Of a stretch of 64,000 bases of DNA, positions 16,955 through 27,401 are shown in pieces. Both the position numbers and the translations under genes were made by a program. This DNA is from a virus. The notes under the pieces are model-generated. The model was not told the origin of the DNA, made no database searches, and saw only the letters and a program-made list of their open reading frames with translations. The stretch covers positions 4,614 through 68,613 of IMG/VR virus record IMGVR_UViG_3300042508_000665. One strand, written 5' to 3'. Every line of letters begins with the position of its first letter. The stretch's first letter is position 1.

Positions 16955-18889
16955 TTATAGTCCAACATCTGCAACCTCGCATGAGTTACCAACACACGCA
17001 AGTTCTTGGGATGATGTCGTCGTATCTACTATTTCATAATCAGACAATTTAGACCAATCGACATTCTTTGGCATCTTTTCTAATAGAGCCTCGTACTGCT
17101 CTTTAGAGCATTCTTGAAACGGTGCTTGTTTGTAAACAAAGTCGCTATAAGGTAAAAATGAAATACCGCAGATTTGATTAAAATGTTTGTAAACCCACGC
17201 AGAAACTTCTATCCATTCATTCTCCCTAACAGAGACGGTCACTGAGGGGTTATGTTCGCACCAATTTTCATAATAAGCTTGCCAAATATTTAAGTGTTCT
17301 AGCGCGTTGATTTTCTCCTTTGTAATGCAATTATCTGGTGCTTTTATTGGAAATGAAAACACCGTAACGTTTTCGGGTTTCATCACGCAAGATTCGTATG
17401 GAAAACCTATATCCTTCATCATCTGACAAAGAGGATCTTTATTATCTGCTCTTATTGTGCGAATATAGTATTCGGAGTGTCGAGGGTGAATTCCAGATGC
17501 ACTATCGACCAATGCTGAAACTGTACCACTTGGTTTTACGCAAGTTACTGCAACAGATGGATTTATTCCGAACTTCCCCGCGAGTGAGCGATTTATCTCG
17601 ATTGCAAAATCTCTCATTTCTCGCAAGAACTCTTTAAGTTCTTCGGTAACAGTGGCAGTAAACGAATTATCCATTATGCCAGTAAGTGATACGCCAAGAA
17701 GTCTTTCTTCTTCGCAATTCATTTTCCACTTCTTTGAGATGTATTTGAAATCAGTCATCGTTGACTGGATTGTACCTAAGATGGTTGCCACTTTAATCTT
17801 ACGCTTTAGAGTATCTTTGGTATCTTCTGCTCTTATTACCACTTCAGATAGGTTGCAAAATTCATTTGATCTCAACAAGATTTCACCACACGGATTCGTT
17901 CCGAAGTTATGATTAGGTTCCCTTCGCCCGAACTTCTCTGCTTGCTTTTGTGCTGATACTCTATTAAAAATACCTCTTTCGCCAGATTTACTATCATATA
18001 AAGACTTCCACTCGTCCATAAAAATGCCCACATCTGGCATTTCAGTATAGGCAGCGGAATTGTTAGCTAATGCTCTTTGTCCATTATCATTCCACCATTG
18101 CCCATTTTTAGCATGGCGCATACGATCATCGGAAAGGTTGGATAAAGATATAAGAGCCGAGCGTCTAACGCCACCAACAACAACGACTTCAGCAATTTTG
18201 CATACAATATCGTGACATTCAACCGACTGTAATCTTCGACCTTTAGCTTGCTTAAAAATGCGAACGATAAAGTTAAATAACTGAACGAGTGGTTCTGGTC
18301 CCGATGCTCTACCGCCGAATGTTTTTAAAGGTGAACCTGCGGGTCTTACTTTTGAAATGTCCCACCTTGGAATTTGACCAGTGTAAAGCATGGCGATTAA
18401 TTCTTTTAAAGCTTTCGCCCATCCGATTTTGCTATCAGCAACGATTATTGTTGTATCTGTTTCATAAAGTTCTTCCGGAATTTCTGGTAGTTTAGATACA
18501 AATTGCCGCTCTACGCTGAATCCAACTCCAGTACCATTCATTAGGACGTATAAGATTTCATCAAATGCTCTCGGAGAATCTATCGAAATATAAGAGCAAT
18601 TATATCCAGCAACGTGACATCGCTCTAATGCCGGTCCTGCGGTCATAAGGGCTCGCATGGAAGGCATAACTTCTAAATTTAAAACAGCATCTTCCAGTTC
18701 CTTCCATTCATTATCAGAAAAAGAGAAATTATATTGCTGCTTTAAATGTTTTTGAAAGAAGCTAAAATATCTTTTTACGGTTTCATCCCAAGTTTCTCGT
18801 CGATTCTTTTCAGGAAGCCACCTAGAATATCTACTTAAGTGAATGTAAGTTTGATAATCAGTTGGGAGATTTTTAGACATATTTTCCAT
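16955..18889 (-). CDS. nrdJ: class II (adenosylcobalamin-dependent) ribonucleotide reductase
   Basis: PSMRALMTAG, YNC, GGVRRSA, TNPCGE...FCNLSE, VKPSGT, C-terminal ACVGNSC. Confidence 0.9.
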   Translation of the reverse strand: MENMSKNLPTDYQTYIHLSRYSRWLPEKNRRETWDETVKRYFSFFQKHLKQQYNFSFSDNEWKELEDAVLNLEVMPSMRALMTAGPALERCHVAGYNCSYISIDSPRAFDEILYVLMNGTGVGFSVERQFVSKLPEIPEELYETDTTIIVADSKIGWAKALKELIAMLYTGQIPRWDISKVRPAGSPLKTFGGRASGPEPLVQLFNFIVRIFKQAKGRRLQSVECHDIVCKIAEVVVVGGVRRSALISLSNLSDDRMRHAKNGQWWNDNGQRALANNSAAYTEMPDVGIFMDEWKSLYDSKSGERGIFNRVSAQKQAEKFGRREPNHNFGTNPCGEILLRSNEFCNLSEVVIRAEDTKDTLKRKIKVATILGTIQSTMTDFKYISKKWKMNCEEERLLGVSLTGIMDNSFTATVTEELKEFLREMRDFAIEINRSLAGKFGINPSVAVTCVKPSGTVSALVDSASGIHPRHSEYYIRTIRADNKDPLCQMMKDIGFPYESCVMKPENVTVFSFPIKAPDNCITKEKINALEHLNIWQAYYENWCEHNPSVTVSVRENEWIEVSAWVYKHFNQICGISFLPYSDFVYKQAPFQECSKEQYEALLEKMPKNVDWSKLSDYEIVDTTTSSQELACVGNSCEVADVGL

Positions 18890-18909
18890 ATTGCGTGAAC
18901 TCGTTGGTG

Positions 18910-18948
18910 AAAAAAAAAAGCAAACACACTTTTTATGTGTCTGCTTTT
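18910..18948 (-). terminator. intrinsic terminator between the phd-like gene and nrdJ
   Basis: gcagacaca/tgtgtttgc stem followed by 10 U on the minus strand. Confidence 0.7.
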
Positions 18949-18978
18949 GATAATGTTGTTATTTAGCGTTATGTTAGG

Positions 18979-19194
18979 TTAGGATGCCACTGATGTTCCG
19001 CCCACATTCATATCGGCTTCAGCATCAATATTACCATCACCAGAATTACCCGAATTGGCTTTTAGCTCAGATTCGGTACCAATAAGCTTTGCTACCGCTC
19101 TTCCATATTTAGTAATAACAATGTCACACTCTTTCGATTCATCCAAATATGTTTCTAAATTGCGCCTAAGCTCAGTCAACGTTACAGTTTTCAT
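18979..19194 (-). CDS. Phd/YefM-family antitoxin-like protein (orphan)
   Basis: MKTVTLTELRRNL..YLD.....DIVITKYGRAVAKL; disordered acidic tail. Confidence 0.85.
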   Translation of the reverse strand: MKTVTLTELRRNLETYLDESKECDIVITKYGRAVAKLIGTESELKANSGNSGDGNIDAEADMNVGGTSVAS

Positions 19195-19303
19195 AAAACC
19201 CTCGTAAAACAAAAGTAAAATATTTCAATATTGTAAGAATGTCATATTAGCCAATCTCTAGCGCATTACCTTTTTACCAGATTTCCGGTACGCAAATTTC
19301 GTA

Positions 19304-19795
19304 TTAAAGAGTAGATTTGTTGGTTGTAAGTCCCACACTTCCTTGATAATGTGATTTTCTTCGCTCGTCGCCGTATGGAATCTCCGCTGGCTCATTCAGG
19401 CTATGAAATATAAACTGCCCTACCCTTCTTCCAAAATGAAGTACGTATGGAAGATCACCCATGTTAATAAGGCAAAATGTTATATTTCCATGATAACCAG
19501 GGTCGATGAAAAGTCCCATCGGAGAGATAATCATCTGTCGAGCGAGAGAGCTTTTTAACCGAACCGTAACGGCTACATCTACCGGAGTTTTTATATATTC
19601 CTCAGTAACAACCACAGCTCTATCTTTGGGTAAAAGACTAATTGGCTTCTCGGATAAATCCAAATTAATATCATTTAATTTGATTTGCTTGCCAAGGGAA
19701 ATATCATAACTAGCGGGGTTCACCGCTTCTGGATTATATGGAGTGATTCCTCCTGCTTGTGCAAATTCTTTTATCCATCTATCATTTTTAATCAT
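19304..19795 (-). CDS. dcd: dCTP deaminase
   Basis: NPASYDISLG, KSSLAR, IDPGYHGNIT, GQFIF, YQG. Confidence 0.9.
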   Translation of the reverse strand: MIKNDRWIKEFAQAGGITPYNPEAVNPASYDISLGKQIKLNDINLDLSEKPISLLPKDRAVVVTEEYIKTPVDVAVTVRLKSSLARQMIISPMGLFIDPGYHGNITFCLINMGDLPYVLHFGRRVGQFIFHSLNEPAEIPYGDERRKSHYQGSVGLTTNKSTL

Positions 19796-19813
19796 ACTTC
19801 CCTCAATTTATAT

Positions 19814-21214
19814 CTAAAATTCAAAATCATCATAAGTTTTCGGTATATTTTCTCCTCGCATTCTTTGCCCAAATGCTGATTTATCAAATGACGACGAATC
19901 GTCATCTAAATCGCTACTGCCTTCCGCTTGTCCGTTGTCTTTCTGCACCACATCATAAACTCGCATCTTCTGCTTATCGATGCCAACAATGAATTTATTA
20001 TAGAAGTTAATATCTCCATAGCGACTTTTTAATTGCTTAACGCGAACGTGTTGAGCTTTTTGTAAGTTTTCGTCGGCGCTTAATCCCAAAAATATATCTG
20101 CGGTGAAGGGTAAACCCATCGACTCTGATGTATTTTCCAATCCTATATCATCGCCCTTGTATCCTTCTCTATTAACTTGCGTTCCAGTCCAGACGCAGGC
20201 ATTATACTCGACGGCGAGTCCTCTACACTCTTCGGCTACTGCCTTAACAACCTCGTAGCTCTTACCCTGCTTCACACGCGCTGAATTCATCAAGTTTAAG
20301 TAGTCTATACAGATGATGTCGGGTCGAAAGTTATCTTTAAGAGACAATTCTTCGATAATTTTCCTAAAATGATTGACCGAGACGCTCGCCGGTGGGAACT
20401 CGTGTATCTTAAGAGTTCCCTTGATCTTGTTCTTCATAAAATTCATTTTGGCAAAGTACATGTTCTCATCTAAATTGACAAAATTCTGTATTGGAATGTC
20501 TAATAGATTTGCGTCGATACGCTGGCGGATTTTATGTTCGGAGAGTTCTAATGTTAGATACAGTACGTTATAACCAATCTGAAGATACTTAGACGCAAAG
20601 TGACACATTACTAAGCTTTTTCCAACGCCTGTCCCAGCCAACAGCACATTAAGCGTCTTTCGCTCTACGCCACCCGAAGTAATCTTATTGAACATCTCAA
20701 GATCAAATGGCAATTTATCTACTTTTTCTTTGTACCAGCTGAATTGTTTATCTGAATCTCTGAAATAGTCGTGGGTCTTGGTCGGCTCAAACGATATAGC
20801 TAAAGAGTCCTGAACCAGCTTTGGAATGTCGTACATTGACACGCCATCTTTGCCCTCAAGAACATCTAGCGCCTTCGATATACTTATCTCAAAGTCTGCC
20901 GTTCGGCAGAAATCTTCCGTCTTTTTAATTAACCACTCAGAATCGATGTCAATCTCTCTCAGAGATTGCATGTATTCATTTAACTCATTAATATTCTCCT
21001 GAGATGGAAGATTTTTAGAAACGCTTATAACTAGAGCTGCCTCAGAGGGAAGTTTTTTATATTCGACAAAAAAACGGAGAGCCTCAGTTATAAGTTCTTT
21101 TTCAAGAAGGTTTTTAAAATATTCCGGCTTTAAATATGGCGATACTTTAACAACAAAGGGTTCGTCCGACACGAAACCCTTAATAATTGCTTTTTGAATG
21201 GTCGGACCTTGCAT
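19814..21214 (-). CDS. gp41: replicative DNA helicase
   Basis: LAGTGVGKS, YLTLE, RIDANL, IDYLN, TQVNR, TSESMGLP.TAD. Confidence 0.95.
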   Translation of the reverse strand: MQGPTIQKAIIKGFVSDEPFVVKVSPYLKPEYFKNLLEKELITEALRFFVEYKKLPSEAALVISVSKNLPSQENINELNEYMQSLREIDIDSEWLIKKTEDFCRTADFEISISKALDVLEGKDGVSMYDIPKLVQDSLAISFEPTKTHDYFRDSDKQFSWYKEKVDKLPFDLEMFNKITSGGVERKTLNVLLAGTGVGKSLVMCHFASKYLQIGYNVLYLTLELSEHKIRQRIDANLLDIPIQNFVNLDENMYFAKMNFMKNKIKGTLKIHEFPPASVSVNHFRKIIEELSLKDNFRPDIICIDYLNLMNSARVKQGKSYEVVKAVAEECRGLAVEYNACVWTGTQVNREGYKGDDIGLENTSESMGLPFTADIFLGLSADENLQKAQHVRVKQLKSRYGDINFYNKFIVGIDKQKMRVYDVVQKDNGQAEGSSDLDDDSSSFDKSAFGQRMRGENIPKTYDDFEF

Positions 21215-21310
21215 TTTTCAACACTCACGGATAATAATTTAAATAAAGGCTATCATTCGATAATTTGTATCTTTAATTCCTCCGATGATTTTCAAATACT
21301 ATAAAGTTAA

Positions 21311-22375
21311 TTACTCTTCGCTTGAGTCATCCCCGACTAGTTCCGTTAAGGTTTCGGTCGAGTCAGAAAAACAAAAGCGTTGTTTTGCATATTCTTCAAT
21401 TTTACTGAGAACTTCTTTACTATAATACTTCTCTGGGTGTGCTAGTAATTCCTTTTCAAATATTTTTGTCCCATCTGGCATGGCAATTCTAGTTGCCTCT
21501 TTCTTAAACACGCCGGACTCAAGAGCGATATCCTGAAGACCAAAATAGCGATCTAATCCTTTCGTATATGACAAATATGCTCTAAACTCGCTATATTGCT
21601 TAACGTTCCATCCTTTGGCGACTTTAATGTGGAGAATGTTCCCTTGTACGACTTTCTCTGAGTCTGCGTCTTTCCGCTTCGCTAGAAGCAAAATAATATC
21701 AGCAGCATACTTAAATCCTCCACCACCCGCGACTTCGGTAGTTGGAAACATACCAGTCGATTGATATGTGTGATTTGTACAAAACATTGGCACTTTTGCT
21801 TTAGATAGTGGTTGGCGGAGAACACGAAATGCCGAACGCCACGCTTTGGCTCTCATTCCCATATCACCGGCATCTTTGTCTGCTGCTGCGTCGGCTGTTT
21901 CTTTTACTGATGGCAGTTGGGTCAGGGAGTCGGCTACCATTAATAACGGGAACCTGTCCTTTTCGCCACGCTCTCGGTAATTTACTAAAATTTGATGATT
22001 TGCGTTACGAAATTGTTCAATTGATTCGGGATAAAGCATCAACACTCTTGATACATCTACACCGCGCTTTTCCATCATCTCTTTGTCGATACGCCCTTCT
22101 GTATCATTGTAGATTACTCTTCCATTTGGATTTTCAGCTAAGAAATTTCGCACAACCTGTATGATAAGATAACTTTTCCCCACAGCCTCCAGTGCCGCAA
22201 AACCGACAACTTTGTTAGTCGGAGCACCGCCAAATAGGGAACCAGATAGAGCCAGGTTTAACGTGTAACTTCCTGTATCAATAAAGGTAGTGTTATCGGC
22301 AATTGTACCATCTTCCGCTACCCTCGCGATGTCATGCCCTACAAGTTTTGCGATATCATTAAAAAAATCGGCCAT
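21311..22375 (-). CDS. uvsX: RecA-like recombinase
   Basis: IDTGSYTLNLALSG, Walker A AVGKS, DTE, NHTY, GGGG.KYAAD. Confidence 0.93.
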   Translation of the reverse strand: MADFFNDIAKLVGHDIARVAEDGTIADNTTFIDTGSYTLNLALSGSLFGGAPTNKVVGFAALEAVGKSYLIIQVVRNFLAENPNGRVIYNDTEGRIDKEMMEKRGVDVSRVLMLYPESIEQFRNANHQILVNYRERGEKDRFPLLMVADSLTQLPSVKETADAAADKDAGDMGMRAKAWRSAFRVLRQPLSKAKVPMFCTNHTYQSTGMFPTTEVAGGGGFKYAADIILLLAKRKDADSEKVVQGNILHIKVAKGWNVKQYSEFRAYLSYTKGLDRYFGLQDIALESGVFKKEATRIAMPDGTKIFEKELLAHPEKYYSKEVLSKIEEYAKQRFCFSDSTETLTELVGDDSSEE

Positions 22376-22384
22376 ATTTCCTCT

Positions 22385-24991
22385 TTAGTCATCAAAGATA
22401 TTCATTATCGAAGCAGCAGAACCAATTTCTCTCCACTTTACGGCTCGAAGTAGAATATTTAAGGGTTTCACAAACACTTTTTCAAACTGAGCCTCGTAAT
22501 CTATCCATTGCTTTAAGTCTAGCTCCTTGGGTACTTTATCGAACATTCCCATGACGTGACTTTTAAAAGGATTTTGCTCTTTTAAATAAAAAAAGCGCAT
22601 ACGTTGACCGGATTTAATTTTGTCGTATTTTTTTGTAAGATTGTTTTCTTCCAAAAATCTATTATATGTAAAAGCGGCAGCAACTTGTACTGGAGTGCTT
22701 TTTTTCAGCCCCTTACGTTCGCCAACTTCGATTGTTTCTTCAAAAGTGATGAAAGCTTTACTCGATAATTGAGCAACGTAATTTTCTATATCTGATACAT
22801 TTATCGGGTAACTTATCATCTCCAAGGAGAGGGTTTCGAACTCTTTGCGGTATGAATCTACAAGAACCTGCAAATCATTTACATTTCCTTTCAAAATAAC
22901 GTCTGCTGCGGAATTCAGCCACTGCTTACAATACTTTGAAGTGGTACTCTTTATCATCTCTAAGCCAGTAGCCTTACGCTTTGGTTTGGGATAACGAGTT
23001 CCTTCCTTGTCCCATATCTCCATCAGGTATCGCTTTTTCGAAACGAATATGGTGTCTTCTGCAATAACATCTCGTACCATTTCCAACTGACGAGTGAACG
23101 TGTTATACCTATCCCGATGTACTTCTAACGCCTCTCCAATATACCCATACAGCTCTGCACAAAATTGTTTATCAATACAATCTACAATTTGTGCAGATAC
23201 CATATCGCTTGGTAACTGATCGACAAAAGGTTTAGCAGAAATGTACAGAGAATCGGTGTCGCCGTAAATTATCGGATCGTAATCAATTTTATACTTTTCC
23301 TGTACGCTTTTGGTTATTTTATCTTTCACTGTTAGTAATACGGCTCTACCAGAAAGTGTGACGCTACGAGCCAGTTCCGGATTATAAAACCGGAAATATT
23401 TGCTACCTAATGAACCATAAGCGGCGTTAAGCTGAATCTTTTTTGCGCTTTGAAAGTTATTAAATTTTATCGCATCACTTTCATATTTACGCCTTTCATC
23501 AACATTTTGAGATGATACGGCTTTTTTTTGCGCCTCTTTCATTTTATTTTTGTAGATCATTCTCTCATCGAAAAGGCGCTTCATAATGTCGCCCAAAAAT
23601 CCAGATTTATCTCTATCAAAAAGCCACCCCGCACCTGAACAGGTCATGTTTACCTTCTTTAAAACCGAGAGATCTTCTGTGCGAGAAATCATCCCCTCTT
23701 CGTCGTAGGTGATTTCTCTACCGTTCAACACTGTGTTGATATTTAAACCGAATGTATCAGGAGAGATGTTGTGCTCGCGAATTAAGGATGGATATAGTGA
23801 TGCAAAGTCGAAATTGACCACCCATTTATGCTTTCCAGTCTGTGCTGGTAGAACAAAAGCCCCCTCATATTGTTCATTTTTATCATGTTCTTTAATAGGT
23901 GGAATAACAACCTTTCGCTTTTTCAATTCATTAAAGGAGATGGCATCCCACATCCGAACTTGCTGCTGCACATCTGAAAAATTACACAGTGAGTCGTATG
24001 CCGTCGTTATTACAACATCTGCAAGTTTTAATTTGGCGTCGAGCTTTTCGACAAGAGCAACGTCCTGTACGTTATATTCAATAAATTTGTCATAATCTTT
24101 TGTGTACAGATCGTGAAGAGTTCCGTCATACTCAACTTTCGTCTCACCCAATTCCAAATCAGCTACAAATTTGAGCGAATCACTTTCTGCTTTCGGCATA
24201 TATCGCCGATATAAGTCTATGTAATCTAAAGAAATGATGCCTACGATGTCGTATGTGTTAATTCTTTTACCCCTAAAATTGACAGCGGTGTCTCTAATTT
24301 TTCCCCAAGGGGAGAGTTTTTCTGCGACTGAGCGAGAGTATTTTGGCCTATCCGGATCGTGGAAAACTTTTATAATTCTATTAATAATATATGGAATATC
24401 ATACTGATCTGTATTCCAACCAAATAAGATATCGAAATCAATTCTTTGCCAATACTCAATGAAATTTAAAAGCATTTCCTTTTCGTCTGGAGCCCGAAAG
24501 TACCTAACATCCACTCTGCTAGATTTAAAAGGCTTGACACCAAAGACGTAGAATTTATCTCTATATTTCAAAGTAATTGAAATTATTGGTGCAAATGCAT
24601 TTGATGGGTCAGCAAATCCCTTAGAGCTATCAGTTTCTATGTCTATTGTAGCCTTCCTGATAAGATTCATATCAAAATCAATGCCATCTTCGAACTTGTC
24701 TGATATGTATGCAAAACTCCAACGAGTATTCCCATAAACATAATCATGTTCAATCGTATCGTTAGAACTGGCAAAGTCCTGTGCTTCCGATATTGAAGAG
24801 AATTTTATACGCTGTACATCTTGACCAAAAACAGTTTTATATGGAGTCGGTTTATTTGTAGGGACGAATAGAGATGGAGAATAATCTTTAATTAACTCTT
24901 TAACTCTCTGATTATTCGAATAGCCACGATAGTAGATCCCTCTTCTATCTGCATAGACATGAGTATAAAATTCGCTCATAGGACCCTTCAT
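22385..24991 (-). CDS. gp43: family B DNA polymerase
   Basis: DIET exonuclease I, DFASLYPS, KKIQLNAAYG, YGDTDS, KKRY. Confidence 0.97.
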   Translation of the reverse strand: MKGPMSEFYTHVYADRRGIYYRGYSNNQRVKELIKDYSPSLFVPTNKPTPYKTVFGQDVQRIKFSSISEAQDFASSNDTIEHDYVYGNTRWSFAYISDKFEDGIDFDMNLIRKATIDIETDSSKGFADPSNAFAPIISITLKYRDKFYVFGVKPFKSSRVDVRYFRAPDEKEMLLNFIEYWQRIDFDILFGWNTDQYDIPYIINRIIKVFHDPDRPKYSRSVAEKLSPWGKIRDTAVNFRGKRINTYDIVGIISLDYIDLYRRYMPKAESDSLKFVADLELGETKVEYDGTLHDLYTKDYDKFIEYNVQDVALVEKLDAKLKLADVVITTAYDSLCNFSDVQQQVRMWDAISFNELKKRKVVIPPIKEHDKNEQYEGAFVLPAQTGKHKWVVNFDFASLYPSLIREHNISPDTFGLNINTVLNGREITYDEEGMISRTEDLSVLKKVNMTCSGAGWLFDRDKSGFLGDIMKRLFDERMIYKNKMKEAQKKAVSSQNVDERRKYESDAIKFNNFQSAKKIQLNAAYGSLGSKYFRFYNPELARSVTLSGRAVLLTVKDKITKSVQEKYKIDYDPIIYGDTDSLYISAKPFVDQLPSDMVSAQIVDCIDKQFCAELYGYIGEALEVHRDRYNTFTRQLEMVRDVIAEDTIFVSKKRYLMEIWDKEGTRYPKPKRKATGLEMIKSTTSKYCKQWLNSAADVILKGNVNDLQVLVDSYRKEFETLSLEMISYPINVSDIENYVAQLSSKAFITFEETIEVGERKGLKKSTPVQVAAAFTYNRFLEENNLTKKYDKIKSGQRMRFFYLKEQNPFKSHVMGMFDKVPKELDLKQWIDYEAQFEKVFVKPLNILLRAVKWREIGSAASIMNIFDD

Positions 24992-25036
24992 TATGTGAAT
25001 GATCCTAATCTAATCTATATACTCAAATAAATAACA

Positions 25037-25612
25037 TTACCTTTTCCACTTACTGCGTCGTGCAGAATTAGAAACAGTAGATTTTAAGGGCTCACTTAAT
25101 GTGGTAGTTGGTGTTGATGCTTCAGTGGGAGTCTCGACCAACGCTTGAGTCGATGGCTGCAAAGTTTCTATCCCCTCAAGAAAGAGCTTTCTTTCTCTCT
25201 CTCTTCGAATTGTAAGTCCACGCAATACTACACCATTAGCCTTGTTCCACCTCGGAAACTCATCAGCAGCACCGCCATAATTTTTAGCATTCATCTTTTT
25301 AAGAAGTGTAGAATTAATCAAATTCCCCTCTCCTAAGTTGTAAACCCACGAAACAAGGGCATCAAACATTTCTTGTGAAAGCGGAACCTTTACATGTCTC
25401 TCAATCGCAACGGATTTCCTGCGACAGTCGTTGCTGAGATATTCTTCAGCTTGCTCTGTCGTACATACATCTCCCATTTTAACCCTTGAGCCGTTGGGAT
25501 ATACTGTCGTACCCCAACCAATTGTGGGAACTCCAGCTGGACAGATATATGCTCGAAGGTATAGCCCCTCGGCATCTTTTATGATTTGTTTTCCCTTAGT
25601 TGATACTTCCAT
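25037..25612 (-). CDS. GH24 lysozyme/endolysin
   Basis: EG..LRAY.CPAGVPTIGWGT, FDALVSWVYNLG, GL..RRERE. Confidence 0.92.
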   Translation of the reverse strand: MEVSTKGKQIIKDAEGLYLRAYICPAGVPTIGWGTTVYPNGSRVKMGDVCTTEQAEEYLSNDCRRKSVAIERHVKVPLSQEMFDALVSWVYNLGEGNLINSTLLKKMNAKNYGGAADEFPRWNKANGVVLRGLTIRRERERKLFLEGIETLQPSTQALVETPTEASTPTTTLSEPLKSTVSNSARRSKWKR

Positions 25613-26033
25613 CGGTTGGAATAATCCTCTTTAATTTTTTAAACCTATATTTAGGGTGTAGAATATACTCTTCACGGTTAGCGTAAGGGACTATAAACAC
25701 ACTGTTTAGTGCTTTTTTCGTAAAAGGCAGGTTCACAGTATCCACCTGAATTAGCTTATTTTCTACTAATAACGCTATAATTCGATTACGTCTTTCGTAA
25801 TCCAGCTGATCCATATTCCTTTCACGTCCGTCTATCCAAAATAACTCTTTGAAATGACAAATATAAAAATCATTTCCTTCTCTTAGAATATGGCAAGTTT
25901 GAAATACGTTATTTGTGTTCCGAGGATTTACTCCTACCCTCTTGAGAAGATTTTTAATCTTCGTGAAACTGTCGGGGGCAGTTAGTTCCACCTTTATCAG
26001 CTCTTTAATTCGTTCCTTATCCCTTTCCGCCAT
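25596..26033 (-). CDS. regA: translational repressor
   Basis: F.KIK..L.RVGV, QTCHIL, YICHFKELF.IDG, RRNRI. Confidence 0.92.
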   Translation of the reverse strand: MAERDKERIKELIKVELTAPDSFTKIKNLLKRVGVNPRNTNNVFQTCHILREGNDFYICHFKELFWIDGRERNMDQLDYERRNRIIALLVENKLIQVDTVNLPFTKKALNSVFIVPYANREEYILHPKYRFKKLKRIIPTDGSIN

Positions 26034-26418
26034 ACGCCACCCGTAATAATTTAAGTTCTTCAAATGAGTATAGTGTAAGATATTCTCGCGCCGTTTCTAT
26101 TGAACATTGATAATATTTAGAGATTAAGGTTATGTCTGAAGTGTCTTCTGCTTCTTTTTTTGAAGATACCCATCGCTCAAATGGTCGCTTTTGCTTTGCT
26201 GTCTGATTAAACAAGAAAGCATAGTGCTGTTCCGGCTCAACATTATATTCATTAAGCATCTGGCATAGATAGATGCAGTCTCGGTGGTGAGCTACCGCAC
26301 GATTGACCACATATGGGACATATCCCTCCGTTAATTTCATAGGCTTATTGGAATTTAATATCGACTTTGCGTATTCAAATGGCGTGAGTTGGCTTTTGGT
26401 ACTCTTATTTTCTCCCAT
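26017..26418 (-). CDS. gp62: clamp loader small subunit
   Basis: YVPYVVNR, YY.CS..TA.EYL, YGG; synteny. Confidence 0.88.
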   Translation of the reverse strand: MGENKSTKSQLTPFEYAKSILNSNKPMKLTEGYVPYVVNRAVAHHRDCIYLCQMLNEYNVEPEQHYAFLFNQTAKQKRPFERWVSSKKEAEDTSDITLISKYYQCSIETAREYLTLYSFEELKLLRVAYGGKG

Positions 26419-26430
26419 GCAACCTCACAT

Positions 26431-27387
26431 CTATATGAATTCGCAATTACCCATAACTTCAGTTAAAGCTGACAATAGACAAATACCTTTATCTACGACT
26501 CTCATGGCTTTATCTTGATGATCATTCAAAATAATAACTAGGGCAGGTTTACTTTTGTTATCGATTTTATCCTCCAGCGCTCTGTAAAGCTTGCTGTAAA
26601 TTTCCGGTTTTATATTTGTCTGAGAAAACACCCAATTACGTACTGATGTCCAGCTTTTTAATTTAAGTAACTCTGCAAGTTCATCAAAGTTTTTATCTCG
26701 ATATACAGCCAAAATACCTTCGTTTATTTGTTCATATGCTTTAGCATATCCCTGCAATACATTAAGGATGTGTCTTATGTCCGGGAAGAATTCCTTAACT
26801 ATCGCTGCTAATATTTCTTTATCATATTTGATATCTTCTGCTTTAAGGATACTTTCTAGTCGTACAAATGTCGCTTTCATCAATTCCTTTTTTTCTTCTT
26901 GTAATAAGGGATTGAAATCGATTTTCGTACAACGTGAATGAATCGCCTCGATGATTTTATTCGGATAATTGCAAGTTAATATGAATCCACAAAGATGTGA
27001 ATATTCCTCCATAAAAGTACGTAAAGCTGGCTGAACATGAAGGGACAAGTTGTCGGCTTCGTCAAATATTATTACCTTTCTCTTTGACGAAAGAAGAGAT
27101 TGAGTGGAAGCAAACTTCTGAATGTTGTTTCTTAAAGCATCTATTCCGGTTTCGTTGCCGCCGATTGATGCGTTCAACATTAGAAAATCTAAATCAAGCT
27201 CAGCACAAATAGACTTTGCCAGTGTCGTTTTGCCGAGACCCGAACTTCCAATTAACATAAGGTTCGGTATCTCGCCTGTTTCCAGAATTGTACCAACAAG
27301 TTTTTTTACATAAGCAGGTAAAATGCAGTCTTTAGCACATTTTGGCCTATATTTCTCTGCCCATATAACATGCTCTAGAGTTGTCAT
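26431..27387 (-). CDS. gp44: clamp loader large subunit
   Basis: WAEKYRP, GLGKTT, DEAD, SRC. Confidence 0.95.
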   Translation of the reverse strand: MTTLEHVIWAEKYRPKCAKDCILPAYVKKLVGTILETGEIPNLMLIGSSGLGKTTLAKSICAELDLDFLMLNASIGGNETGIDALRNNIQKFASTQSLLSSKRKVIIFDEADNLSLHVQPALRTFMEEYSHLCGFILTCNYPNKIIEAIHSRCTKIDFNPLLQEEKKELMKATFVRLESILKAEDIKYDKEILAAIVKEFFPDIRHILNVLQGYAKAYEQINEGILAVYRDKNFDELAELLKLKSWTSVRNWVFSQTNIKPEIYSKLYRALEDKIDNKSKPALVIILNDHQDKAMRVVDKGICLLSALTEVMGNCEFI

Positions 27388-27401
27388 CGAATCGCCCTTT
27401 A

